Of a DNA stretch of 64,000 nucleotides, positions 10,122 to 22,000 are shown piece after piece (within the stretch, counting starts at the first letter, position 1; each line of letters opens with the position of its first letter). The position numbers and the translations under genes were made by a program. The notes beneath the pieces were generated by a model. That model made no database searches. It was not told the DNA's origin and saw nothing but the letters and a program-made list of their open reading frames with translations. The DNA is from Blastocladiella emersonii ATCC 22665 (lineage: Eukaryota; Fungi; Blastocladiomycota), in NCBI GenBank assembly GCA_025594325.1, contig JANHCV010000002.1:930001-994000 (forward strand), written 5' to 3'.

Positions 10122-13100
10122 CTAGTTGCCGCCAGCATGCGACCTCGAACTGCGCCGCGTCGACACGGGCACGTCCTCGTCCGGCCTTGCCCCGCCGTTC
10201 CCGCTGATCTCGTTCACGTCGTCGTGCACCGAGCGCACCTGGAGCGACGCGCCGAGCGAGCGCATGCTCAGCGGGCTGCTCAGCGGCGGCGAGCCGAACC
10301 CGAGCCCCGTTGGCGAGATCTCGGGCCCGGGGAGCCGCACTGACAGCGAGAGCCGCGGCGCCGCGCCGTGCACCGGCCGTCCGGCGCCCGACGCGCGGCG
10401 GTCGGTGAGCGATCCGAGCTCGCTGACGGGCAGGTCGGTCGGCGGGAGCAGGCTCGTGAACATGGCGGCCCACCGGTCGTACTCGGCCGTGGTCGGGAAC
10501 TGGATCAGCCAGTACCGCGGCGCGCGGATCGCGTTGACGCGGATGCACTTGTCGAACCCAGGGACGACCGTCGCGGCCAGGGTGGGCGTCAGCGGCAGGA
10601 TCACGTCGCCGTCGTGCGCGGCGCGGCTGTTCGGGTGCATGGTCAGGATCCCCTGGACCGTGCACAGCGCGACGCGGTGCATCTTCCACGTCGTCAGCAG
10701 CGTGTCGCCGCGCTTGACGGGGAAGGTGCCGACGAGGTGGTGCCGCTGGCGGTTCGACGACTTGTTCTGCTCGAGCGTGGACCATTGCGACGACGCGGTC
10801 GTGAGGATCGTGTGCGGCTCGAACTGCGTCGACCGGCCCGCGACGCTCGGCGACTTGTTGTCGGCGAGCCGGATCATGAGCGCGATGCGCCCGACCAGCG
10901 CGTAGAAGGTGAACACGACGCCGTACACGAGCAGCACGAGCGTGATCCACATGGCCTGCATCTTCTGGGTCCCGAAATCGAACAGGTTGAACGGGATCAG
11001 CGCCGACGCGAGGATCAGCACGTTCTGCGCGCTGTACAGCAGCCAGATACTCTCGCCGTACGCCGTGTGCACCTTGCGCGTGCGGTACGCGAGGAACACG
11101 AGGAGCAGCAGCAGCGAACCCATGAAGAACACGAGCACGCCCATCATCGAGTAGTGCCACACGGGCGGCCCGCGCGAGAAGCACCGGTACGTGTAGTGCG
11201 TGATGCTGTCGATGCGCTCCGCCTGCAGCGGCCACACCCCGAACCACACGCTGAGAATCAGCGTCTGCACCGCGAGCGCGCACACCACGCCGCGGAACAG
11301 GTCCTTGTTGGTGATCCGCCGCGTCAGGCCCATGGCCGCGTTGTCGAAGATGCTCCAAATCTACACATGGGCGTCAGGTGAGCGGAAACTGACCACGGCC
11401 GAGGCGGAGCAGCAGGGCCGTACGCGGTACGCCTTGGCCACGGAGCAGGTGAGCACAATGTTGCCGCCCGTCACCATCAGCCAGACCTCGGCCACGCACA
11501 TGCCCGACGTCGGCACGTCGATGAACAGAAACAGGCTGGCCAGCATCAGCACGCAGCCAAAGTTGATGAGCATCAGGAAGCTGAACGTGAGCTGTCGGAC
11601 GAGCGCGAGGTGCCGGTTGACGAAGAGGTAGGCGCCGGCCGCGATGAAGGCGATGATGAGGAGCGCCATGAAAATGCCGAAGGCCATGACGCCCATGTCC
11701 GACCACATCAAGATCAGCGGTACGGGCGTGGGTCGGTCGGCCGGGATCATCGAGGAGCCCGAGAAGAAGCGCGGCTCGTTGAGCATCAGCTGCGAGTGGT
11801 CGGGGAAGATCTGGTACACGGGCGTCGCGACACCGTCGCGGAAGTTGTTGACCTGGAACGTACTGGAAGAAGCGCAATGGTTAGTACCGCGTGAAACCAC
11901 GCTGCAAGGGACGAACGCACCCGAGCCGGTTTCCGTTCGAGTCGATGGCCACCGTGCCCGTGGTCCCCGGGAATGACGAGAAGAAGTCGGCGAGGGTCAC
12001 GTTCGGGTACATGTGCTGCGACGCGTTCGCGTAGCCGACCTTGTCCGCGAGCTACACGCGCAGCTCGAGGGACGTCAGCGTATGACCCACGACGGTCCGA
12101 TCGAGCAAATCGTACCCGGATGAGCCCACGCGCGAGCGCCACGGCACAGTCGTAGTAAAAGTGCGCGTAGGGCGGGATCGACTCGCCGGGATACAGCGCC
12201 GTGTATCTCCCCTCGAACTCGGCGGTCCGCGTGGTGCGCTGCAACCCGGGGAAGATGTACATGAGCCCCTGCGTCGCCTCGGTGAGCTTGGCCGTGGTCG
12301 CCGCGTCGAGCTCGCGCAGGAAGAGATCGACGAGCGACTCGGGCCCGACCCAGGCATAGTCAGGGCCGACGATGCCTTCCTTTCTACGCGACGCGGGGAC
12401 GGTTACTCGACGCGGTGGTGAGGCTGACGATGGTCACGGCACGTACCTCGCCTGGATCAGGAGCGCCGTCCCGCCCTCAGGATTCCCGAGCAGAAGGATG
12501 ACTCGAGCGGCCGTCTGCTTGACGGCGGCGATCTGCGCGCCAAACTGGGTCGTCGTGATGTCGAAAAACTGTTTGGTTGCAATCGTGATGTTGTACGACG
12601 CGGCATTCGCGAAGAACGCCGCCGAGACTAGGCGGGCGAGGATCATCAGCGAAAGAGATGGAGAGTAAGCGGGAGTTCGACGCACTGCTTTGGCCATACG
12701 AGTCTTGCGAGGCAAAGACGGCAACGTAGGACCAGCCCATGTTGCGGATGAAGGCGCCGAGGACGACGCCCTGCTGTGGATCATCCTACGCGTCGAGGAG
12801 GTGAGCCACATCGATGCCGACGGAGCGAGGAAGCGTACGGGAATCGAGCGAAAGAACGTCGGGTAGTTGGCCTTGTCCGAGAGCAGGTCGGACGTGGCGG
12901 ACCCGCTGCACATGAAGGTGCGAAAGCGGCCGCCGATCGCGAGCGCCTGCGGAAACGTGAGCGACGACGTGAGGTCACCGACGATGGCGTGGACGCCGGA
13001 ATCGAGCACGCTCCCGAGCGTGGCCTGCACGGCCCCGACCTGCACGTCGCTCGTGGCCGTGAAGACGAGCGTGAAGTTGAAGCGCGAGTCGAGCGAGTTG

Positions 13101-13440
13101 AGCAGCGTCGGGTCCGCTTCAAATATCTTGAGGGTATTCACGATACCCGTGACCCACGTCCCGAAGCCTACGTGGACGGACTCGGTGAGGTCATGGTCGC
13201 GGCGGCAAGGATCCGAGCCACAGTACTTGTAGAGGTGAACGGTACGTTCACGCCTATCCGGAACACGTCGCGAGCTTCGACGCGGGCTTGGCTCGGAACC
13301 AGTGCAATCACGCAGAGGATGCATGCGGCGAGTGTTTGCACGAGGACGACGATGAAGGGATGACAGCGGCCGCGACTTCGACTTCGCCTCGCGAACGCGT
13401 CGTTCGTCTCCTCGCATGCCCGCGTCACCGGCGAGTTCAT
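10122..13440 (-). CDS. Class C (GABA-B-like) GPCR: Venus-flytrap/ANF receptor domain + 7TM + PH-like tail; about 7-8 exons
   Basis: VFT motifs (AIVGDLTSS, SGSATSDLLSDKANYPTFFRSIP, GWSYVAVF, WVGPE, YAHFYYDCA). 7tm_3 motifs (LAYRTRKVHTAYGESIW, VAKAYR-IWSIF). No cysteine-rich domain. The start codon is uncertain. Confidence 0.88.
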
Positions 13441-13900
13441 CCATGTCAGCAAGAGGAGTGATTGGCGTTGCATGGCAGGAGGTGTGACGTTGCATCCGGT
13501 CTTGCGCCAAGAGTGGTCATGGTACATGCTCGGGATTGCTCCGCGGACCGGTTCTCGCAGGCACAGACACCGTCCGTTGGGTTCGCTCACCGCACCGTGC
13601 GCGAGCCGGTGGGTCTCCCGCGCGCTGGAATAACAGTGGTCAACACTTCTCGCACCGGTTCCCCGCCGAGTGGCGGTGGCAGAGCGTGGCGCGACGCGTC
13701 TCGCACCTGCGCCTCGCGCTCGCGTCTCGCGTCTTTCATCATCACGTGTTTTGAGTAACGCGCTTTCACCCTCTCTCCTGCGGCTCACCATGGTCTTCTC
13801 CTCAACCGCACGGCTTTTGAGTGTTCCTCACAAGTCGGAGCGATTCAAGGAAAAAAACGAGAGTATTATTGCCAGCGAGGAAGGCAACAAGTGCCTCTGC

Positions 13901-14519
13901 TTAGTCAGAGGTCACCTGTGCTGGTGCTGCGGTATGCAGCTCAATGTTGAATGAGCCTGGACAGGGCAGCAAGTGAGTTGTCGAGGAAGCTCCGTCAACC
14001 GCACATCTACGTACCAGCAACCGTGTACTGGTCGGCGTAGCCGGCCAGGAGCTCGAGCGTGAAGGAAGCGGGGATCGAGCCGCGCGGGTTGTACTGCACC
14101 TTGAGCTTGACGGTCCAGTGGTTGCATAACGTCGCCGAGTCCCAGCAGCGGATGAAGCTGGCCTCGAGCGCGCCGTGTTGGCTGTCCTTGCAGCGGCGGA
14201 GCAGGCAGAGCTGGAGGAAGGTCGGGAACTCGTGGTCGAAGGGCAGCGCGAGGACGAGGTCGACTTGGTGCGTGAAGGTCGGCGTCACCTTGGCACGAGC
14301 GCGTAGCGCCGTTCGCATGAACGACAGCTTGCGCTTCGCCGCCAGCTCGACGCCCGAGAAGGCCACGCCGTCGCCGTCGCCGTCGCCGGCACTGAACGGC
14401 GCACGCGAACCCCACAGACGCCACGAGCGGTCCTTGAGGGCGACGGCGTGCGGTGGGAGCTCACCGAACTCGAGCGTCACGCCGTCAACGTGGTCGATCT
14501 TGTGGAAGCGAGGCTGCAT
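13901..14519 (-). CDS. Unknown beta-rich protein (family B, short form 1); intron 14014-13957
   Basis: ATG 14519. A GTACGT...CCAG phase-1 intron yields ...TVAG-SFNIELHT.... It aligns by eye with the four other family B genes. Confidence 0.7.
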
Positions 14520-14950
14520 CGTGTTGGCAGTTCGGTGGCGCGCGTCAAAGACTGCGACGAAGACGAGAAGAGGTGCGGGCGACCGAGTCGAAAGATGACA
14601 CGGCGAGGAGAACACTGTGCGAGAGCGAGGATCGACGGCGCGGGAAACCTCTCACTTTGACAGCAGCTGCCCACTCTGCCAACCCTCGCGCCTCGTTTGC
14701 ACGCACTTTGCCCGAAAGGGCGACGAGCGGAAATTGCGGCCACGCGGGCCACCCGCACACTCGTGGCGGCGCTCGCCGTGGCACGCGTGATCGCATCACT
14801 GATCTGCTGATTCCTCGCGATTCAACTCAACTAGAACGAGCGACACAAGAAAGCTTCACAAAAAGTTTACATATTTACTGACTCCATCACGAACGGATAC
14901 CAATGTTGGCGCCTCTAGCAAGGAAAGCCGCTGCCACGCGTGACTTATAG

Positions 14951-15672
14951 TCAGTCAGCGCGGGCGTGCGAGCCTCCTGCTTGGTTCTGGGTCTCTTGGG
15001 CGGCCGCCTCTTTGGCGAGCTGCGCAATGTACCGGCGAATGGTACGAGCAGTGAGCGCCTCGAAGCGTAGCTCGGCTACAAGTCGTGTTAAGCACCAGTC
15101 AGTGGCAGTGGCGAGTGAGAGACAGCCGTGGAACAGTAAGCACACGTACTGCCAGCCCCGCCACATATGGCGACGAGGACAAACTCGGTGGCGGCCCCTT
15201 GGGCCGCTTGGAAGACACCCTCGAGGGTGAAGGACCACTGGGGGCTGGCCGGCGGCCCAAGGTTCTGCACGTCGCGGATCCGCCAGTACGACGAGAGCTT
15301 GGGCGAGCCGTTGGCGACATACACAATGCCGTCCATGTTGTAGCCCGGCGGCGCCTCGACCGTCAGCACGACCTCGTGGGCCACCTTGACCTCGGAGCCG
15401 CTGAAGAGAGCGTGCCCGTTCTTGAGCTCGCGCGCCTTGAAGGAGTGGTCGGGCCGCTTCTCGGCCAGTCGGTTGCCAGCCGGGACGCCAGAGGACGCGC
15501 CATTGAGCGTCCAGCCACGAAGAGATGAAGGATGGAGGCGCTGGAAAGGAACCCCACCAAAAATGAAGCTGGCGGGAGCCTGCTGCACGTTTGAAGAGTT
15601 GAACCAGGGCGAGGTTGCACAGAGCGCCGTAGTGGCCGGGTCCACGATCGCTGACGCGGTGCCAGAGTTCAT
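14951..15672 (-). CDS. Unknown beta-rich protein (family B, short form 2); intron 15149-15076
   Basis: ATG 15672. A GTACGT...CTGAC...GTAG phase-1 intron yields ...AICGGAG-TELRFEALTART.... Confidence 0.65.
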
Positions 15673-15955
15673 GGTCGAGTACGAGCGTAGCACTTTTCGG
15701 GTGAGGGTGTCCAACTAGTTGCGTCGAGGTGCGGAGCAGCGGGCGGGGAGAGCGAGGATCGGAGGGGCGAGCGAGGCGCTTTTGTAGGCGAAGAGTCCGC
15801 CGAGCACAACGTGGCCGCACGTGGTGGCTGAGCGCGTGAAGTTTCAAGTCGCCCTCACCTCACCAACGCCGAAGCGTACGAAGACCGACTCATGAATAGA
15901 AAGCGTCATTACTGTTCTTAGGTTTCGAGAGCCGTCTGCTTAGCAGCACGTTCTC

Positions 15956-16627
15956 TCAGGTGAAAGCTGGCGATGCCGGCTTGGTGTTGGTCTTGTTCTT
16001 GCGCGGGCGGCGCTTGCGCTCGCTGTAGAGCTTGAACTCGAGCTTGTCCGAGCCTAGACGGTGGCAGTAAGTCCATGATCAACACCTAATGCGAGCGAGA
16101 GATGCGTGCTGATGATAGTGTTGTTACATTCGCACATTCTGACCTCGATGCCGAACTTCGCGGGCGTCGTGGTGCGGCGGCAGTAGTAGCGGACCGAGAA
16201 GTCGATGTACCACGTCCACAACCCATCGAACGCAAGACAGGTCGGCTCGGCGACGAGCTCGGCTGTCCATGTACCCGGCCTCGTGTCACAGAGCGGCGTG
16301 ATGGTTGGTTGCCTTGATCCAGACGAGCCGCTCGAGCTCGCCCTGGCGCGAAGGCAGCAGTGGCGTCGGAACGAGGGTTATTTAAGTCGGCCGTGTACTC
16401 GATGGGCAGCGCCTTCTCGCCCGCGCCCTTTGCGCGCTTAGCCGCGGCCTTGACGGCGTTGCGGTCGACAAAGTCGCCGGCGAACCCGCGCGTATGGTCC
16501 GTGTCCAGCAGCGGACGCTGCTCGTCGGAATCGTCCTTGTTGTTGATGCAGCGGCATGATCAAACTCGGAGATGGCGAACCAGTTGGTCGGAGAGCGTGG
16601 ACGAGGTCGCGCGATGGCAGCATCCAT
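15956..16627 (-). pseudogene. Frameshifted family B copy (about 3 frameshifts, GC-type donor at 16109)
   Basis: Family-like segments lie in three frames: NWFAISEF..., ...ALPIEYTADL, ITLVPTPLL...ELERLVWIK, WTWYIDFSVRYYCRRTTTPAKFGIEV, and last exon SDKLEFKLYSERKRRPRK. Breaks occur near 16500, 16382 and 16288. Confidence 0.6.
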
Positions 16628-16798
16628 GAAGCGGTGCTTGGCTCAGCCAACAACTCCCCTCCCGCAGCCAACGAACGGTAAGTTTACGAACATTGATATA
16701 GGTAACAGTGAAGAACAGAGACGCGAGCCAAAACTTGACAAGTACAGCAACAATGACAAAAAAGTGACTCCAGCGAGCGCGACGCACACCACCGCCGC

Positions 16799-18738
16799 TT
16801 AGCGGCGACCGCCACGGCCACGGCCGCGACCGCGCATCGCCTGTCCGGGGTTCGGCTGCTGCGACTGCGGGTTCTTGACCGTCTCGTCGATGGAGAGGAT
16901 GAGGCAGGCGGCCTCGGTAGCGGCGGAGAGGGCGTTGATCTTGACGACGGCGGGCTCCCACACGAACTTGGCGAGGTTGTCGGCGATCGACTCCTCGGCG
17001 ACGTCGACGCCATACCAGGTACCCTTGGGGTCCATGGCGTGCTTCTGGCGCAGCTTGTTGAGGATGTCGGTAGCGTCGAACCCGGCGTTGTCGCACAGCG
17101 TGCGCGGGATCACCTCGAGCGCCTTGGCAAACTGCTGCACAATGATCTGCTGCTTGCCCTCGATCTTGCGCGCCTCCTCGCGCAGGTACTTGGACAGCTC
17201 CATCTCGATGGCGCCGCCGCCGGCGACCACCTCCTTGTTCTTGATGGCGCGGCGCACGATCATGATGGCGTCGTGCAGCGACCGCTCGACCTCGGCAATG
17301 AACTGCTCGGCGCCGCCGCGCAGGATGAGGGTGCACGTCTTGGCCGAGGTGCAGCCCGTGAACAGGTTGAAGCGCTCGCCGCCGATCTGGCGCTCGTTGA
17401 AGGCGGCGCACCGGCCGAGGTGGTGCGGCTTGAGGTCGTTGACCGACGACTGGACCGACGCGCCCGTGGCCTTGCACACGCGGAGGAGGTCGTCGGCGGG
17501 GACGCGGCCGGCGCAGAAGATGTCGCGGTCGGCAAAGTACTGGGTGGCGAGGTCGCCGATGGGGAGCTTGGACAGGATGACCTTGGCGCCCGTGGCGACG
17601 ATCTTCTCGAGCTTTTCGTAGATGATGGACCACTCGGCATCGACGATGCGCTGGTACTCGTCCACGGCCTCGACGCGGACCTCGGCGTTGTCGCGCTCGG
17701 CCTTGAGCTCGAGCTCGACGTTGAGGGCGAGGATGGCGGGGTTCTCGAACGACTTGGGCTGCTGCTCGAAGCCGGCGTACGAGAAGGTCTTCTTGAAGGC
17801 GACGCCGTCGACGAGGAACGAGTCCTGGATGCCGCCGCCCTGGATGCGCTTCATGCCGATGAGCGACTCGTTGAGGGCGTCGTCGGCGTCGAGGCGCAGC
17901 ACGGCGTCGACGACCATGGCGGAGAAGAACCCCTTGTGCGAGTGGATGATCTTGGACGACATGGCGGTGCCGGCGCACTTGAGGAGCAGCGAGCGCATGT
18001 CCTCCTCCTTGCTGGGCCCGCCGTTCTCGAGCGAGACGGCGAGGCGGCGCACGTGGGCGACGGCGAGCACCGAGGCGCGGCGCAGGCCCTTGACGATGAC
18101 CTGCGGGTTGACGCCCTCCTCGATGAGCGACTTGATCGACTTGAGGATCTCGCCGGCGAGCAGCACGACGGACGTGGTGCCGTCGCCGACCTCGGCGTCC
18201 TGGGCGCGCGCAATGTCGACGAGGACCTTGGCGGCGGGGTGGACAATGTCGAGCAGCTTCATGATGGTGGCGCCGTCGTTGGAGATGGTCACGTTGCCGC
18301 GGCCGTCGACCATGAGCTTGTCCATGCCGCGCGGGCCGAGCGTCGAGCGCACCATGTCGACGACGGCGACGACCGCCGTGATGTTACTCAGGACCTGGCC
18401 CTTGCCCTGCGAGGTGTCGGTGCCTTCCTTGAGCAGAATCACCTGCGGGGTCTGGAGAGGGGGTAGGAGCGGCGTGTCAGTTCGTTCAAGGAAGAGGGGG
18501 TGAGAACCGAGGGCCGAGGCAGGGCTGCCGCGACGACAGATTCTCTTGATCCCGCGTCGCGACGAGCGGGTCGCCAAAGATCAAAGACGCGTGTAGGACG
18601 ACAGCGAGGCGATCCACGAGCGCGGGAGGACCTCCAAGACGCGAGAACCCCTCGCGGAACGTTGCCCGCGTCGCGCAGCCCTGTCCTGCGCCCTCGGTGG
18701 CGGATGGGGGCCGCACGCACCATCATGGAGGGCATCAT
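16799..18738 (-). CDS. CCT7: T-complex protein 1 subunit eta; 18-nt first exon, intron 18720-18452
   Basis: [42 protein letters not shown] and [18 protein letters not shown] are CCT-eta signatures. Confidence 0.97.
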
Positions 18739-19061
18739 CTTGGGCAAATGGGTTGTTGATACGTTGCAGGAGGTGTGACGCCCCGGTGCCGGATTTGGGC
18801 TGGGAGGGGGAGAGGGGCGGGCGGCAGAGGAGGGCGGCGCGCTGGCGGAGGGTCGCGGCGCACACACGCCCGGGCGCACGCGGGGAACGCGGTCCCACGC
18901 CCCCTTCCGCGATCAGAGCAGAAGGATTGACGCGTCAGGTGGAATGCACGTGACCCGCCCTGTCTCGCAGACGCGTCTCCGCCTCGCGCCTCTTTGTCTT
19001 CACGCGTCAAATCAGGTACATGTGCAAAGAGTGCTATTCATACATGGAAACCAACCCGCCA

Positions 19062-22000
19062 TCACGCCGCCAGGTCGATCCCGAGCCCGAGCAGCACGAT
19101 CATGAACTTGGTCATGTACTGGTGTGCGTAGCTCGACATGTAAAACTCATGGTCGGCGTTATGCGGCCCGACGTGGTTGTGCCCGAGCTCGTGCGCAAAC
19201 ACCATGTACCAGTACGTGTAGACGGCCGACGAGAGCTGCCCGGCGGTCGCCACGGCCCCACCGCGGTTGCGCGACGGCGAGTACCGCGCCGCGTTGAAGA
19301 AGAGCGCGCGCGCCCGGTTGAACGCCACCGACGTCGCCGCCTCGTCGTAGTACACGTGCACCGACCCGCGCGGCAGCCCAAACACGTCCGCGATCTGCAG
19401 CAGCACGCCGACAAACTCGACGAGCCGCGTCCGCATCGCGTCGCTCGCAAACTCGCCCGCGGCGTGCCCGCGCCCGCGGTACAGCTTGAGCGGCAGGTAC
19501 GTCACCTCGCTCACCTCGACCAGATCGTGCCCGCCCGACACCACGTCGCAGAACGTCGCCTGTGCCTGCGCGAGCTGCGGCGGGCTCGTGATCGCTGCCG
19601 GCGCGGGGGACGCACCGCCCGTCGACCGGATCGCCGCGTCGAGCGTGCGACGCAGCTGCGCCTCGAACTCGGGCGTGCCCTCGCGCAGCATCGTCGTGCC
19701 CGGCGGCGGCGGCGTGGACGGTGACGGGCCCATGACCTGGGGGCCGGCGAGCGGTGACGATGGAGCCCCGTTCGACTTGCTGCTGCTGCTACTGCTGCTG
19801 AACCCGAGCGCGCTGGCGATACCCGACAGCGACCCGCGCGTCGACCCGCGCCGCGACGAGTTGAACTTGCCCGGCAGCATCGGGCTCGCGTTGACGCTGC
19901 CCGTGCTCCCACTGCTGCCGGCGCGCGGGAGCTGCTGCTGCGTTGGCGGCGTCGCGGGAACCCGTGCGGGACCCGTCGCGTCGTCGTACGACGGCGGCAG
20001 CGTCTCAGTCGAGCCAGGGGTGCCGTTCTTGGGCGGGAGCGACGGCTGGTGCTGCTGCTTCTCGGGCGTCATGGACGGGAGCGCGGGGGCCGCAGCGGGT
20101 GCGATGGCGGGCGAGGCCGTCGCCGCAGCGGGAGCGGGGCTCGGCGACGCACGGCTCGTGGAAGCCGCTGCTGCACCCGCCGGCGACGCAGGCGGCGTGG
20201 ACGCGACCGAGGCCGAGGCCACGGTGCGTTTCTGCTTGAGCGTGATCTTGAGGATGCGGTCAACGGGGAAGCCTGCACGAATCACAAAACGTCAGCACCT
20301 CGCACCCACGAAACCTACAACAGAGCCCGTACCCTTCTGCCGCAGCGCCTCGAGCGGCGTGCTCAGCAGCGTGCTGAGGAGCAGCTGGTCATTGAGCCGC
20401 GCGCGCTTGAAGATGATCCAGCTGAGACTGCGCGCCACGTCAAAGTAGTCCACGTCCTCGCCCACCGCGGTCGCCGCCGACACGAGCAGCGTCTGGCGCT
20501 CGGCCATGCACGCGCTCACGGCCTGCGTGTGCTGCTGCTTGGTCGGCGCGAAGCTGCGGACCAGGTGGATCGCCGCCACCTCCTCGACGCGCACCGCGTT
20601 GAGCACGTCGAGCGCGTTCGGTACAAAGTTGGGCCCGCCGCTGTTGTTGAGGTCGTAGACGAGCAGCGGCGCGCGCTCGCGGATCCGCGCCTGGAGCGCC
20701 GCCGCGCGCGGCGCGTTCGCGGTGCGCTGGCCTTCGACCTCGAACCGCCGGTGGATCACCGAGTTGAGCCACCGCGCGCCGAGCGTCTCATAAAAAGTCT
20801 CGAGGACCGGGTCCATCGGGCACGTCACGGGCGTGAACACGTTCTGCAGGACCGGGTCGTCGACGAGGAACACGTTCTGCGCGTCGACGAGCATCTGCTC
20901 CGCGCCGCGGAACCCGACGAGCACGCGGGCGGCGGCGAGCCGGCGCAGCAGGTCGCGGTGCGGGCGCAGTGCCGACACCTGGAACGCGATCTTGGTCAGG
21001 ATCTCGAGGTATTCGGTCGGCTTGTCGCCGTACACAGCGGGCCCGGCCCCCGATAGCAGCCACTCGGCCATCTCGACGGGCGACGGCTCGTCCTTGACGC
21101 CGCACAGCCGCAGGAACGTGTTGGCCGTCTCGCCGTAGTCGACGTGGTCGAGCAGCGGGAACGGCTTGAGGTACACCTGGTGCGGCGCGCGCAGCGGGCC
21201 CGCGGGCGTCGGGATGAACGCCATGGCCGCGAGCGCCGCCACATCGCGCGACCCGAACTCGCCGGCGCGCGACGCGAGGTACTCGAGCGCGGCCTTGGCT
21301 GTCGCCGCCGTGAGCGGGACCCGCTGCAGCTGCGCGAGGAGGTCGCGGACGGGCGGCTTCTCGACGACGCCGAGCGCCTCGGCGACGGGCACGAGGCGCG
21401 GGTGCAGCAGGGTGAACCCGAGGATGCTTGCCGCCTCTTCGGTGAACAGCGCGGCGGGCGGCGCAAGCGGCGTGCCTTTACCGGCCGGCGGCAGGATCGC
21501 CGCGCTGGTCCCGCGCAGCTCCATCTTCTGCGCCGCCGCGTACTCGAGCAGCTTGAACCGGAGCTCGGCGTCGGTCGCGGGATCAGCCGCCGTCTGGATC
21601 ACGTACGGCAGATCAAGCTTCTGCTGGATACCGAGGCGGACGAGGAACCGGTGCTCGCGCGAGCCAGCACGGATCGGGTGCGTCTCGGGGGTGTCGAGCT
21701 GGAGCACGTCGAACGCGTCGAGCTCGGGCGCGGGCACGAGGAGCTCCGACGCGGCGTACTTGGCGTCGGGGACGATGGCGCCGCGGCGGCGCGCCGAGAA
21801 GATCTTGGACTTGGCGAGCTTGGCGATATCGACGTCGTCAAGCTTCTCGCGCGACAGGTATTGAAGCAGCTGCGCGGGCGTCCACTGCAGCGTGTCGAGG
21901 CGCGCCATGAGCAGCTGCGGGTCGATGTGGTCGCGGACGCCGAGTTGCTTGAGGAACTTGTCGCTGACCTTGACCGAGACCACGGGCAGGTCGCCGAACA

